DNA of 63,719 nt, the filler included. It is 8 parts of 8 records of this genome, joined end to end, with 100 filler letters (N's around TTAATTAATTAA, not from the genome) between each part and the next. Parts side by side here need not be neighbours in the genome. Positions count along the whole stretch, not along the records: positions 8,020 to 22,221 come from SRR31156797_14173; positions 22,322 to 33,128 come from SRR31156797_14208; 6 more parts are not named here. One strand, written 5' to 3'. Every line of letters begins with the position of its first letter. Within the stretch, counting starts at the first letter, position 1. Made by a program: the position numbers and the translations under genes. Below are positions 20,125 through 29,317 of this stretch, in pieces. Under the pieces are notes generated by a model that ran no database searches, was not told the DNA's origin, and saw only the letters and a list, made by a program, of their open reading frames with translations.

Positions 20125-20817
20125 ATGAAATATTTACACCAAGAAAAAACATCAGCAAAAGCACGTTCATTCAGTGATTTTCTTAATAAAACTGATTATC
20201 AAACAGTTTTAGATGTCGATGGAACCCGGGATTATCTTTCAAAGATAGATATTCATACTGCCGGTCAATATATCGGAAAGTTGAATGTATATTACAGTCC
20301 CAAAAAGGATAGCTATAAAATAACATGCCAGCAGATAACAATTTCTTCATATAAGGAAGTGCTTGAAAAGTTATGGCAAGAGTTTGAGTATTCTGCTGAA
20401 GCACCATTAGATAATAATATGATTTCCGCGTATGTTGATGGTTCATTTTTAAACAAGACCATCGGTTATGGATCCGTCATCTTGCAGGGAAATAAGATCC
20501 TTCATGAAATATCCGGTAAAATGGATGAAAAATATGAGGAACATCATCAGATAGGTGGAGAACTAAAGGCTGTTATTGAAACAGTGAATTGGTGTAATCA
20601 ACATAATATCAAAGATGTTCACATATATTACGATTACAAAGGTATTGAGATGTGGGCTCGAGCTAAATGGAAAGCCAAAAAAGAGCTAACTCAAAAATAT
20701 CAGGCTTTTATGATAAAACAATCGATCATTTTTCACTTTCATAAAGTTGCCGCCCATAGCGGTGATAAATGGAATGAACACGCGGACATGCTTGCAAAAA
20801 AAGGCAGCACGTCATAA
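20125..20817 (+). CDS. RNase HI with extra ~95-aa N-terminal domain
   Basis: YVDGS, GGELKA, YYDY and KVAAHSGDKWNEHAD motifs give the D-E-D-H-D set. Confidence 0.88.
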   Translation: MKYLHQEKTSAKARSFSDFLNKTDYQTVLDVDGTRDYLSKIDIHTAGQYIGKLNVYYSPKKDSYKITCQQITISSYKEVLEKLWQEFEYSAEAPLDNNMISAYVDGSFLNKTIGYGSVILQGNKILHEISGKMDEKYEEHHQIGGELKAVIETVNWCNQHNIKDVHIYYDYKGIEMWARAKWKAKKELTQKYQAFMIKQSIIFHFHKVAAHSGDKWNEHADMLAKKGSTS

Positions 20818-20830
20818 ACCGGGAGTTGAT

Positions 20831-22177
20831 ATGAAAAAAGTACTTATTATTGTCGTAAGCGTTCTACTTGTTGTACTGGTTGGTGTCGGGTTATATTTAA
20901 ATCCCCTTTTACCTATCATTACGGGATATGCCGCAAAAGGACTGGCGTCGGGAGTATTCCTATCCGAACGCACACAGGAGAGTCTTGAGGCTGTTGACTT
21001 GAATTTCTCTTTTATTAAGTTCACGAAAAACAAAGTGGATCATGAGAACAAGACAGTAACATCCAGATTTTTATGGCACAAATCTGAAGTTATTTTCGAT
21101 GAAGATTACGGTTGTACGATCGTAAGAGACTACAGCAAAGAAGAGATCCTTAATCGCCCTTCCCTGCTCTATAAATCTACAACAGATCTCAGAAAAGATG
21201 TCGATTGGCCCCTGGGGGACAAGATGTTATACTTAAATCATGATGAAATAAATTACAAAGAACTTGATGATGCTATAACAAAAATACTTGGCGATGCTCC
21301 TCCTTTCTATGGAACCAGAGCTCTTCTAGTTGTATACAAAGATGATCTGGTCGTAGAACAATACGCTGATGGTTTTGGCCCCAGCACAAGAATGTTAAGT
21401 TGGTCAATGGCAAAAAGTGTTACCAATGCCTTGGTAGGTATACTTTATAAACAGGAAAAAGTCGATATCAATATGCCAATTCTTATGCCTGGATGGGAAA
21501 ATGACGACAGAATGGCCATAACCTGGGCAGATATGATGCACATGAGCAGCGGTTTGGAGTGGGAAGAAGACTACGGAAATGAATCTGATGTTAATGTCAT
21601 GCTCCACAAGGTTGGGGATTTCGGTTCATATACTGCAAGTAAAGAAATGATCGCACCCACGGACACAAAATGGAATTACTCATCAGGTTCTACCAATCTT
21701 GTAACATTAAAAATGAAAGAACTTTTTAATACCAAAGAAGAATACTACAATTTTCCTTACACTTTTTTGTTTAGAAAGATCGGTATGAACTCGGCAGTTT
21801 TTGAAACCGATGCCTCAGGTACTTACGTCGGATCATCCTATATATACGCAACAGCACGTGATTTCGCTCGATTTGGTATGCTGTATTTGAATAATGGCGA
21901 ATGGTTTGGTGAAAAAATACTTCCCGAAGGATGGGTTAAATATACAACATCACCGGCAATGGCCTCAAATGGTGTTTACGGATCCTATTTCTGGTTAAAC
22001 GATTCCGGGGAAAAAATGCCGGATGCGCCCAAAGATACATATTATTGTCAAGGTCACGATGGGCAATGGATCATCATGGTACCTTCAAAGGATCTTGTTA
22101 TTGTGCGATTGGGATATTCAGATAAATCTGAATTTTCTAACAATTTGATGATGAAGGAACTTCTGGAAGCCTTTTAA
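20831..22177 (+). CDS. Beta-lactamase-family serine hydrolase with N-terminal membrane anchor
   Basis: SWSMAKS (SxxK), WNYSSGST and ARDFARFG motifs. ATG follows GGGAG RBS. Confidence 0.88.
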   Translation: MKKVLIIVVSVLLVVLVGVGLYLNPLLPIITGYAAKGLASGVFLSERTQESLEAVDLNFSFIKFTKNKVDHENKTVTSRFLWHKSEVIFDEDYGCTIVRDYSKEEILNRPSLLYKSTTDLRKDVDWPLGDKMLYLNHDEINYKELDDAITKILGDAPPFYGTRALLVVYKDDLVVEQYADGFGPSTRMLSWSMAKSVTNALVGILYKQEKVDINMPILMPGWENDDRMAITWADMMHMSSGLEWEEDYGNESDVNVMLHKVGDFGSYTASKEMIAPTDTKWNYSSGSTNLVTLKMKELFNTKEEYYNFPYTFLFRKIGMNSAVFETDASGTYVGSSYIYATARDFARFGMLYLNNGEWFGEKILPEGWVKYTTSPAMASNGVYGSYFWLNDSGEKMPDAPKDTYYCQGHDGQWIIMVPSKDLVIVRLGYSDKSEFSNNLMMKELLEAF

Positions 22178-22199
22178 AAATAAATGAATTATGGTTAAG

Positions 22200-22221
22200 A
22201 CGCCCCGAAGCTTCGGGGCGT
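22200..22221. terminator. GC-rich hairpin, probable terminator (cut by contig end)
   Basis: Perfect palindrome ACGCCCCGAAGCTTCGGGGCGT. Confidence 0.7.
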
Positions 22222-22322
22222 NNNNNNNNNNNNNNNNNNNNNNNNNNNNNNNNNNNNNNNNNNNNTTAATTAATTAANNNNNNNNNNNNNNNNNNNNNNN
22301 NNNNNNNNNNNNNNNNNNNNNC

Positions 22323-23120
22323 GAACTGTTAGATCTTGAATTGAGTTATATGAATTCTCAATTGGCCTTAACACGCGCAAAGCTGGAACTGGAAAGAGCT
22401 GAGGCTCAATTAAATTCGTTTTTGGGGTATGAAAAGGATACAAAAATTGAGTGCATTATTCCTGAACAACTTCCAGACCTTCAGGTAAATGCCTTGGAGG
22501 CTGTACAAAAAGCACTAACAAACAATCCTGAAATTTTAGGCTATAAACAGCAACTACTGGAGGAAGATGAAAAGGTAAAAATAGCTAAAAGTGAAACAGG
22601 TGTTAGTGGAGATGTATTTGCGCTGTATGGATTAAACCAGAATTCAGAAGAATTTAATGAAGTTTACCAGGATCCGTTAAACAGACAACGGTTCAAAGTT
22701 GGGATTAACGTTCCGATTTTAGACTGGGGACGTCGAAAAGGTCAGCTATCAATGGCAAAATCAAACCGTGAGGTTGTACGATTAAGCATCAACCAGGAAA
22801 AAATTGATTTTGAACAAGATGTTATTATGAATGTGATGGAATTTAATTTGCAGCGTAATCAGGTTATTAACACTGCAAAGGCCGACACCATTGCTCAAAT
22901 GAAATATGATGTTACTCAACAACGTTTTTTAATTGGGAAACAAGACATTACACGTCTTAACATTGCACGCTCCGATAGGGAAGAAAACAGAAGAGCTTAT
23001 ATTCTCTCCTTGCGTTCGTACTGGAATTACTTCTATTCTATTCGAAAACTTACCCTTTTTGATTTCAAGAAAGATGTGTCTCTATCCGAAGATTTTGATA
23101 AGATTGTAGCTAACCTTTAA
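22323..23120 (+). CDS. TolC-family outer-membrane efflux protein (5'-truncated)
   Basis: Helical repeats, ALTNNP and GINVPILDWG motifs. Lies upstream of an MFP gene. Confidence 0.88.
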   Translation, partial: ELLDLELSYMNSQLALTRAKLELERAEAQLNSFLGYEKDTKIECIIPEQLPDLQVNALEAVQKALTNNPEILGYKQQLLEEDEKVKIAKSETGVSGDVFALYGLNQNSEEFNEVYQDPLNRQRFKVGINVPILDWGRRKGQLSMAKSNREVVRLSINQEKIDFEQDVIMNVMEFNLQRNQVINTAKADTIAQMKYDVTQQRFLIGKQDITRLNIARSDREENRRAYILSLRSYWNYFYSIRKLTLFDFKKDVSLSEDFDKIVANL

Positions 23121-23130
23121 ACTTACAATT

Positions 23131-24381
23131 ATGTCAATTATTAAGAATAAATATTTCTGGATACCTGTAGTTGTTCTTCTGTTAATTATTACAATGGTAG
23201 CACTGGGACGAACAAATCTGGGAAAAGAAAAGATGCACACCGTGCAAACCGGGCCATTTGAACTTGCATTAAATACCAAAGGTGAAATTAATGGAAAAAA
23301 TGCAGTGGTAATCAATCTTCCTGATGAAATAAAAGACAGAAGCCTTCGTATTTATGAAGTAAAAATTAAGGATCTGATTGCAGAAGGTACCGTCGTTAAA
23401 AAAGGTGATTGGGTTGCAACACTCGATGCTGCCAATGTAAGTCAGCAAATGCAAAATAATAAGCAAGATCTGGATAAAAAAAGAGCAGAACTGAACGATG
23501 CAAAAATTGATTCTACCATTCAACTAACCCAACTTCGGGAAGAGCTGGAAGAGTTTAAATATGATCTTGAGTACAAAAAGTTAGAACTGGAACAATCCAA
23601 ATACGAATCGCCGGCTTACCAGAGAAAGAAACAGGTTGAATACAACTCAACCATTCGCCAAATGGATAAAAAACGACGTGATTACGAACTGAAGCGTATT
23701 GAACTTAGGACAAAAACAAAAAGAATTGAAGAGAAATTTAATTACTATGATAAACGTGCACAAAAATATATGCAGGCCATGCAAGCCTGCCGGGTTAAAG
23801 CCCCCAAAAATGGAATGGTTATGTACGCTAAACTTTGGGGAGGAAGAAAACTCAGAGTTGGCGATGATGTCAGCATATGGAATCCGGCTATTGCAACGCT
23901 TCCCGATATGTCGATACTCGTTTCGGAAACATACGTTCAGGAAATTGATATTACTAAAATAAACAAAGGCGATAGCGTTGCGATTAAGATAGATGCTCTT
24001 CCGAAAAATACCTATTCCGGCAAGATTTCAAAAATCACAAACATTGGACAGGAGATACAAGGATTTGACACTAAAGTGTTTAGAGTGATGATTGATTTAC
24101 AGGAGAATGGAGAAGAGTTAAAACCATCAATGACTACCGATAACCGTATTATTATTGAAAAAAGGGAAGATGTTGTTAAAATTCCAAGATCCCTGATTTA
24201 CGGCAGCAATGGAGAAAGTTATGTCTATTTTAAAAAGGGCGGTAAAACATGGAAGAAAAAAGTAATACTTGGATCGGAGAATGATGAAGAGGTTATCATT
24301 AAATCAGGATTAAATGTTGATGATAAGATTTTCACAACCCTTCCTCCTGATTCTGAAAACATTCCCTTTTACGAAAGTTAA
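23131..24381 (+). CDS. Efflux periplasmic adaptor (membrane fusion protein)
   Basis: N-terminal TM, EGTVVKKGD lipoyl-like half, coiled coil, KAPKNGMV and VQEIDI. Confidence 0.9.
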   Translation: MSIIKNKYFWIPVVVLLLIITMVALGRTNLGKEKMHTVQTGPFELALNTKGEINGKNAVVINLPDEIKDRSLRIYEVKIKDLIAEGTVVKKGDWVATLDAANVSQQMQNNKQDLDKKRAELNDAKIDSTIQLTQLREELEEFKYDLEYKKLELEQSKYESPAYQRKKQVEYNSTIRQMDKKRRDYELKRIELRTKTKRIEEKFNYYDKRAQKYMQAMQACRVKAPKNGMVMYAKLWGGRKLRVGDDVSIWNPAIATLPDMSILVSETYVQEIDITKINKGDSVAIKIDALPKNTYSGKISKITNIGQEIQGFDTKVFRVMIDLQENGEELKPSMTTDNRIIIEKREDVVKIPRSLIYGSNGESYVYFKKGGKTWKKKVILGSENDEEVIIKSGLNVDDKIFTTLPPDSENIPFYES

Positions 24382-24387
24382 CCATAC

Positions 24388-24415
24388 AACGGGCTGAAGA
24401 TTCAGCCCGTTTTTT
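24388..24415 (+). terminator. Intrinsic terminator
   Basis: AACGGGCTGAA-GA-TTCAGCCCGTT followed by T-run. Confidence 0.85.
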
Positions 24416-24430
24416 CATTACTTTCGCAGC

Positions 24431-25654
24431 ATGCAAAAAACGGAGAGTCCAAACATTTACTTGTTTAATCCCACTTGCGAGTATGCAGTTGCAAATGGCC
24501 ATGCTTCGTGGCAACCAAACCGGCTTCTTCAAAAAATGGAAGCCGACCTGGCAACCCTTCCGTTGTATTTTGCAAAAGAAACCGACATTGTAATTGTTCC
24601 TCAGCTCCCTTCGGCTGATTTTCAGAAAAGACTTGGAAAACTGGGAATTAAAGTACCTCATTTTAAAACATTAAAAGAACTAAACGAAAATCCACCTGAA
24701 AACATTCATGAGTTACGTCCCTGGGGGTGGAGTCCAGCTGCTCATAAACGCCTGGAAACTCTGAAAAAATATTGCTCAGTAAGATCTCAGAAATCTCCGG
24801 TATTTCAATGGCAAAACAGTTACAAAGAATTATACTCCAAAACATTTGCACGGGAAATTTTACACCAACTTGTAATCCAGTTTCCTTCGGAGCATTATTT
24901 AGAAGAAAATATGCTAACCGAAGTTTGTACCAGTCGCGAAACCTACGAACAACTGATACAGAAATGGGGCAAACTAATGGTAAAAGCCCCTTGGAGTAGT
25001 TCCGGGCGCGGACTTCAACCCGTTAGGTACACTCCCATACATCCAAAAGTTTGGGACAAATTACTTGGGATAATAAAAGAACAAGGCAAGGCAATAGTTG
25101 AACCATACCTGGATAAAATAATTGATCTGGCTTTTCAGTTTGAATTGAGAAATAAAAAGGTAAGCTTTATCGGGATCAGTAACTTTACAACCGACTACAA
25201 AGGACAATACAATGGCAATAGTCTGAACGGGCTTCCCGATTCGCTCAACACTGATGTAAAATCGTTTATTAACCAATTACCGGAAATAATACTTCCGCCA
25301 TTGATGACAATTCTGGATTCTAGTAAACTGGCTGAAAATTATGAAGGTTTTTTTGGCGTTGACACACTTATTTTTAAGGATAAGAAAGATCGGCTTAAGG
25401 TAAATCCATGTCTTGAAATAAATGTTAGACAAAACATGGGATTATTGTCGCTATATTTAGAAAAGTTTATCAATAAAGAAACAAAAGGCAAATTCAGAAC
25501 TTACTATAATCCGAATGTTGGATTTAAAGACTTCTGTTCAGCAATGCAAACTAAATATCCCTTATGTATTACGAATAAAAATATAGATGCCGGGTTTTTC
25601 CCTTTAACCGATATTCAAAACAATTCGCAGTTTGGAGCCTATTTGCTGGTTTAA
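24431..25654 (+). CDS. Uncharacterised ATP-grasp-fold protein
   Basis: PWGWS pre-ATP-grasp motif, VKAPWSSSGRG, IVEPY, GVD and EINVR motifs. Confidence 0.7.
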   Translation: MQKTESPNIYLFNPTCEYAVANGHASWQPNRLLQKMEADLATLPLYFAKETDIVIVPQLPSADFQKRLGKLGIKVPHFKTLKELNENPPENIHELRPWGWSPAAHKRLETLKKYCSVRSQKSPVFQWQNSYKELYSKTFAREILHQLVIQFPSEHYLEENMLTEVCTSRETYEQLIQKWGKLMVKAPWSSSGRGLQPVRYTPIHPKVWDKLLGIIKEQGKAIVEPYLDKIIDLAFQFELRNKKVSFIGISNFTTDYKGQYNGNSLNGLPDSLNTDVKSFINQLPEIILPPLMTILDSSKLAENYEGFFGVDTLIFKDKKDRLKVNPCLEINVRQNMGLLSLYLEKFINKETKGKFRTYYNPNVGFKDFCSAMQTKYPLCITNKNIDAGFFPLTDIQNNSQFGAYLLV

Positions 25655-25716
25655 ACCAAGAGCCTTGATTTTAGTTGCTTTTTTACTAACTTTAGGTGAA
25701 CTAATCATCTAACGTT

Positions 25717-26526
25717 ATGGAGAAAACAAATATCAAATACACCAAAAGTGGTAAATTATCAAAAAAATTTTACGAGGCTGAACTGAACCGTTTACAAATT
25801 GAATTGGTAAGACTTCAGGAATGGATAAAACACGAAAAACTAAAAGTTGTTGTCATTTTCGAAGGTCGCGATGCTGCCGGAAAAGGAGGTACTATTAAGC
25901 GAATTATTCAAACCCTTAATCCCCGTATTTGTAGAGTAGTAGCTTTAGGTACACCAACCGAACGCGAGAAAACACAATGGTATTTCCAGCGTTATGCTCC
26001 ACACCTGCCAGCCGCAGGTGAAATGGTTCTGTTCGACAGGAGTTGGTATAACCGGGCCGGTGTTGAAAAAGTGATGGGTTTTTGTACAAATGATGAATAT
26101 TGGGAGTTTCTGCGTTCTTGTCCGAATTTTGAACGAATGCTTATCCGATCAGGTATTATTTTAATAAAATATTGGTTCTCGGTTAGCCAGGACGAACAGG
26201 AAAAACGATTCCGTTCGCGCTTAAACGAACCAACAAAGCGATGGAAATTAAGCCCGATGGATGTTAAGTCGATGGAAAGATATGTTGAGTATTCTAAAGC
26301 CAAAGATGAGATGTTTGCTTACACCGATACCAAAATAAGTCCCTGGTACATGGTTGATGCCGATGATAAAAAACGTGCACGTTTAAATTGTATCCATCAC
26401 CTCTTATCTTCAATTCCTTATAAAGAATTGGAACAAAAAGCAATTGAATTGCCAGAACGAAAAGAACATAAAGGATACGTTAGACCGCCACTTGATGAAA
26501 TGACATATGTTCCGCAAGTCTACTAG
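25717..26526 (+). CDS. ppk2: Polyphosphate kinase 2
   Basis: FEGRDAAGKGG, FDRSWYNR and WKLSPMD motifs. Confidence 0.97.
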   Translation: MEKTNIKYTKSGKLSKKFYEAELNRLQIELVRLQEWIKHEKLKVVVIFEGRDAAGKGGTIKRIIQTLNPRICRVVALGTPTEREKTQWYFQRYAPHLPAAGEMVLFDRSWYNRAGVEKVMGFCTNDEYWEFLRSCPNFERMLIRSGIILIKYWFSVSQDEQEKRFRSRLNEPTKRWKLSPMDVKSMERYVEYSKAKDEMFAYTDTKISPWYMVDADDKKRARLNCIHHLLSSIPYKELEQKAIELPERKEHKGYVRPPLDEMTYVPQVY

Positions 26527-26542
26527 CAAGTATAAAATAAAC

Positions 26543-26567
26543 AAAGGGGAGCTCAACACTCCCCTTT
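26543..26567. terminator. Probable bidirectional terminator between convergent genes
   Basis: AAAGGGGAG-CTCAACA-CTCCCCTTT. Confidence 0.75.
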
Positions 26568-26586
26568 CTCTTTCCAAACTACTCTC

Positions 26587-27510
26587 TTAATTATCCCTGG
26601 TTTTTGTCATATCAAACAGGTGCCTGGCCTGATCACCTAAAAATCCTGAAAACACCTTTTCTTTTCCATTTTCAAATACCTTTCCCCTTTGGGCGAGTTC
26701 ATAGTAGGCATAAGTCCAACTAATTTTTTCAATGCCATCGTCTCCCAATACTTCTACCTCTTCTTTTACTGCCTGGGTGGCCGATTGCTGTAACTTACTG
26801 CCTTTCTCTCCTTCCAACGACTCCTTCATAGGTATACCTGCATTGGCTAATCCCACACAGGTTGTTTCTAAATCGGACCATTCGTTTACATCCTGGTAAT
26901 TAATATAAGCAGTAAAATGATTTACCGAATTTCCGTGTAATAATACCCATGCTCCGTATTGTGTAACATCATTCAATTTCAACACATCTTCTTTCCGCGG
27001 AATGTTCCACGGTCTACGAAAATATTGAATCAGATCATCAACCAACGATTCTCCTGCAACCTTTGGTAGTTCTCCGTTGGCTTTTAAGGTGCCCAGTAAT
27101 TCTATACTTGAATCTGACAAAAGATAGGGAGTATCTTTAACAGTACTCTGAATTATTTGTTGCGCCCAATCTGGTAAAAGATCCACCTCAAGCTGACTGA
27201 CAAAGATTTTGGGAAACATAGGATCGGGATGCTCAAAATGAACGGCTTTGAGTTTTTTCTTTTTGAACTCGTATTTTGTGGTTGGGTTATAATCTAAACA
27301 GGTAATAATGTGTTTTAATGCTCTAATACCCTCAGGTTGTTCTCCGGTATGCGTATTAAACGAACGAAATGCAATATGATCGTTAACAACTTTACCACCT
27401 TTCGCTTCCACCAAAGTGGCATACTGCCTGGCATAATCTACCCTTTCGACATAGTTTTGCCATAACTTGCTAAACAATGCCTGTGCTATTTGTTTTGCTG
27501 TAACCCTCAT
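26587..27510 (-). CDS. DUF1338 family (2-oxoadipate dioxygenase/decarboxylase-like, VOC fold)
   Basis: NDHIAFRS, KIFVSQL, NHFT, LQQSAT and YYELAQR motifs. Confidence 0.8.
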   Translation of the reverse strand: MRVTAKQIAQALFSKLWQNYVERVDYARQYATLVEAKGGKVVNDHIAFRSFNTHTGEQPEGIRALKHIITCLDYNPTTKYEFKKKKLKAVHFEHPDPMFPKIFVSQLEVDLLPDWAQQIIQSTVKDTPYLLSDSSIELLGTLKANGELPKVAGESLVDDLIQYFRRPWNIPRKEDVLKLNDVTQYGAWVLLHGNSVNHFTAYINYQDVNEWSDLETTCVGLANAGIPMKESLEGEKGSKLQQSATQAVKEEVEVLGDDGIEKISWTYAYYELAQRGKVFENGKEKVFSGFLGDQARHLFDMTKTRDN

Positions 27511-27610
27511 AGTGATGTTTTATTTTGTTAAACATAAAAACATGCACTTTTGTTACTTAATTTCTAATGTTTAAGAATATTGTTTTAAAAGAAAAAATGA
27601 TGTATGCTTG

Positions 27611-28516
27611 TTAATTCTGTTCTGTATTTTCGATAAAATCCAATACGTCATCTTTTGAAAACAGAACAGTAGCGCCTTGTTTTGTGGAGTTTAATGCTCC
27701 TGCTGCATTTCCAAATTTTAAGGCGTCTTTTATTGAAATACCATTTAAATAACAATGAAGAAATCCGGCGGCAAATGCCATCCCCGAACCAATATTATCT
27801 TTCATTGTAATTTTATATCCTTTTTCAAAAAACAGTCCTTCTTTATCATGAAAAGCTAGTACCCCGGTACTTCCCCTTGTAATTAATACAAGTTGTATCC
27901 CGTATTTTTTTGAAAGTTTCTCTGCGAAATCCTCCAGGTTCAGTAATTCGATATTAAGTTTTTGGGCTAAAAAACCAATCTCTTTTTCTTTGATCCGAAC
28001 CACATGAGCTGCTTTCAGCAATCGTTCAACAACTTTTACATCAAAAAAATGTTCAAACAATTTTAGATCGAAAAAATGAAGTGCACCTTGCGATTCTTTT
28101 AGCAATTCCCGAAGGGTATTCTTCGACAATCCAAAACGTTGAGGTAGTAAACCAAACACCAAACAGTCTGCCTTACGCACCAATTTTAACGCCTCAGCCG
28201 AGAATTCGATATGATCAAAAGCAACATCAGGAGCAACATTGTATTTCGCCTCGTAGTTTTCGTTAAATGTAACCTCTACTGTACCTGTTTTAAACACCGT
28301 ATCCATCTGAACATTCCTATCCGATATGCCCAACTCATTTAACTTCTTAAGGGCTTCGTGTCCCAGCTCATCATCCCCTAGCCGCGAAAGCAAAAATCCC
28401 TCTTCACCAAGCGAATTGCAACGAAAGATAAAGTTCGAAGGAGTTCCTCCTAATACCTTACCGTTTGGTAAAATATCCCATACAATTTCTCCAAATGCTA
28501 CTATTCTTTTCGTCAT
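27611..28516 (-). CDS. PfkB/fructokinase-like protein with non-canonical active-site motifs
   Basis: FGEIVWD, LGGTPSN, GDDELG and ITRGSTG motifs. DNIGSGMAF replaces the usual DTxGAGDAF. Confidence 0.85.
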   Translation of the reverse strand: MTKRIVAFGEIVWDILPNGKVLGGTPSNFIFRCNSLGEEGFLLSRLGDDELGHEALKKLNELGISDRNVQMDTVFKTGTVEVTFNENYEAKYNVAPDVAFDHIEFSAEALKLVRKADCLVFGLLPQRFGLSKNTLRELLKESQGALHFFDLKLFEHFFDVKVVERLLKAAHVVRIKEKEIGFLAQKLNIELLNLEDFAEKLSKKYGIQLVLITRGSTGVLAFHDKEGLFFEKGYKITMKDNIGSGMAFAAGFLHCYLNGISIKDALKFGNAAGALNSTKQGATVLFSKDDVLDFIENTEQN

Positions 28517-28689
28517 AATTATTTAATCGCACGCAAATGTAAACATTAAAAAAAAGCTAACAAAAAGCTATTTTAACACGTCTGCATAATATTTAACTCC
28601 GCTTCCCTTAACCATCTGATAATGAACAACCAACCCAACCTATTTTTGTAGTATATAAAACAAATTATCTTTGCATATGTTTGAGAGTT

Positions 28690-29301
28690 ATGAATTACTT
28701 AGCCCATTTATATTTATCAGGAGATTCGGAAAAACGAATTGTAGGAAACTTTATTGGGGACTATGTTAAAGGAAGGAAATACCTTGACTATTCTGATGAG
28801 GTTGCACAAGGGATTCTGCTTCACCGAAAAATCGATTCTTTTACCGACTCGCATACTTTGCATAAAGAAGCACGCAATTTATTCCGTCAGGATTTTGGAC
28901 TATACTCAGGTATTGTTGTCGATTTCTTTTACGATCATTTTCTGGCAAAAAACTGGAAAGACTATTCAGAAGACACTTTAAGAACATTTGCAAAAAGAAC
29001 ACATGCCATATTACTTTCCAGTTATCCGATCTTACCAAGAAGGGTGCAGGGATTTCTACCATTTCTAATTCAGAACAAGAGACTGGAGTCATACGCTTCG
29101 GTAAAAGGCATTATTCAGTCGTTAAAAATAATGGGAAAGTATTCCTCTCTTCCTCAAAAATCTGACGTTGCAAAAAAGATTCTTCTTCAACACTACGATT
29201 TTTTAGAACACAACTTCCAGGAATTTATGAAAGACCTTTCTGAGTTTGTAATTGGAGAAGGTATAACAATAAAAAAACCCGATTATTCAATCGGGCTTTA
29301 A
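28690..29301 (+). CDS. acpH: Acyl carrier protein phosphodiesterase (DUF479)
   Basis: MNYLAHLYLS, GNFIGDYVKG, HRKIDSFTD and DFFYDHFLA motifs. Confidence 0.9.
   Translation: MNYLAHLYLSGDSEKRIVGNFIGDYVKGRKYLDYSDEVAQGILLHRKIDSFTDSHTLHKEARNLFRQDFGLYSGIVVDFFYDHFLAKNWKDYSEDTLRTFAKRTHAILLSSYPILPRRVQGFLPFLIQNKRLESYASVKGIIQSLKIMGKYSSLPQKSDVAKKILLQHYDFLEHNFQEFMKDLSEFVIGEGITIKKPDYSIGL
29271..29299 (-). terminator. Terminator overlapping the acpH 3' end
   Basis: A7-CCCGATT-ATTC-AATCGGG-CTTT between convergent genes. Confidence 0.7.
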
Positions 29302-29317
29302 AGTATTATATCTTTTC

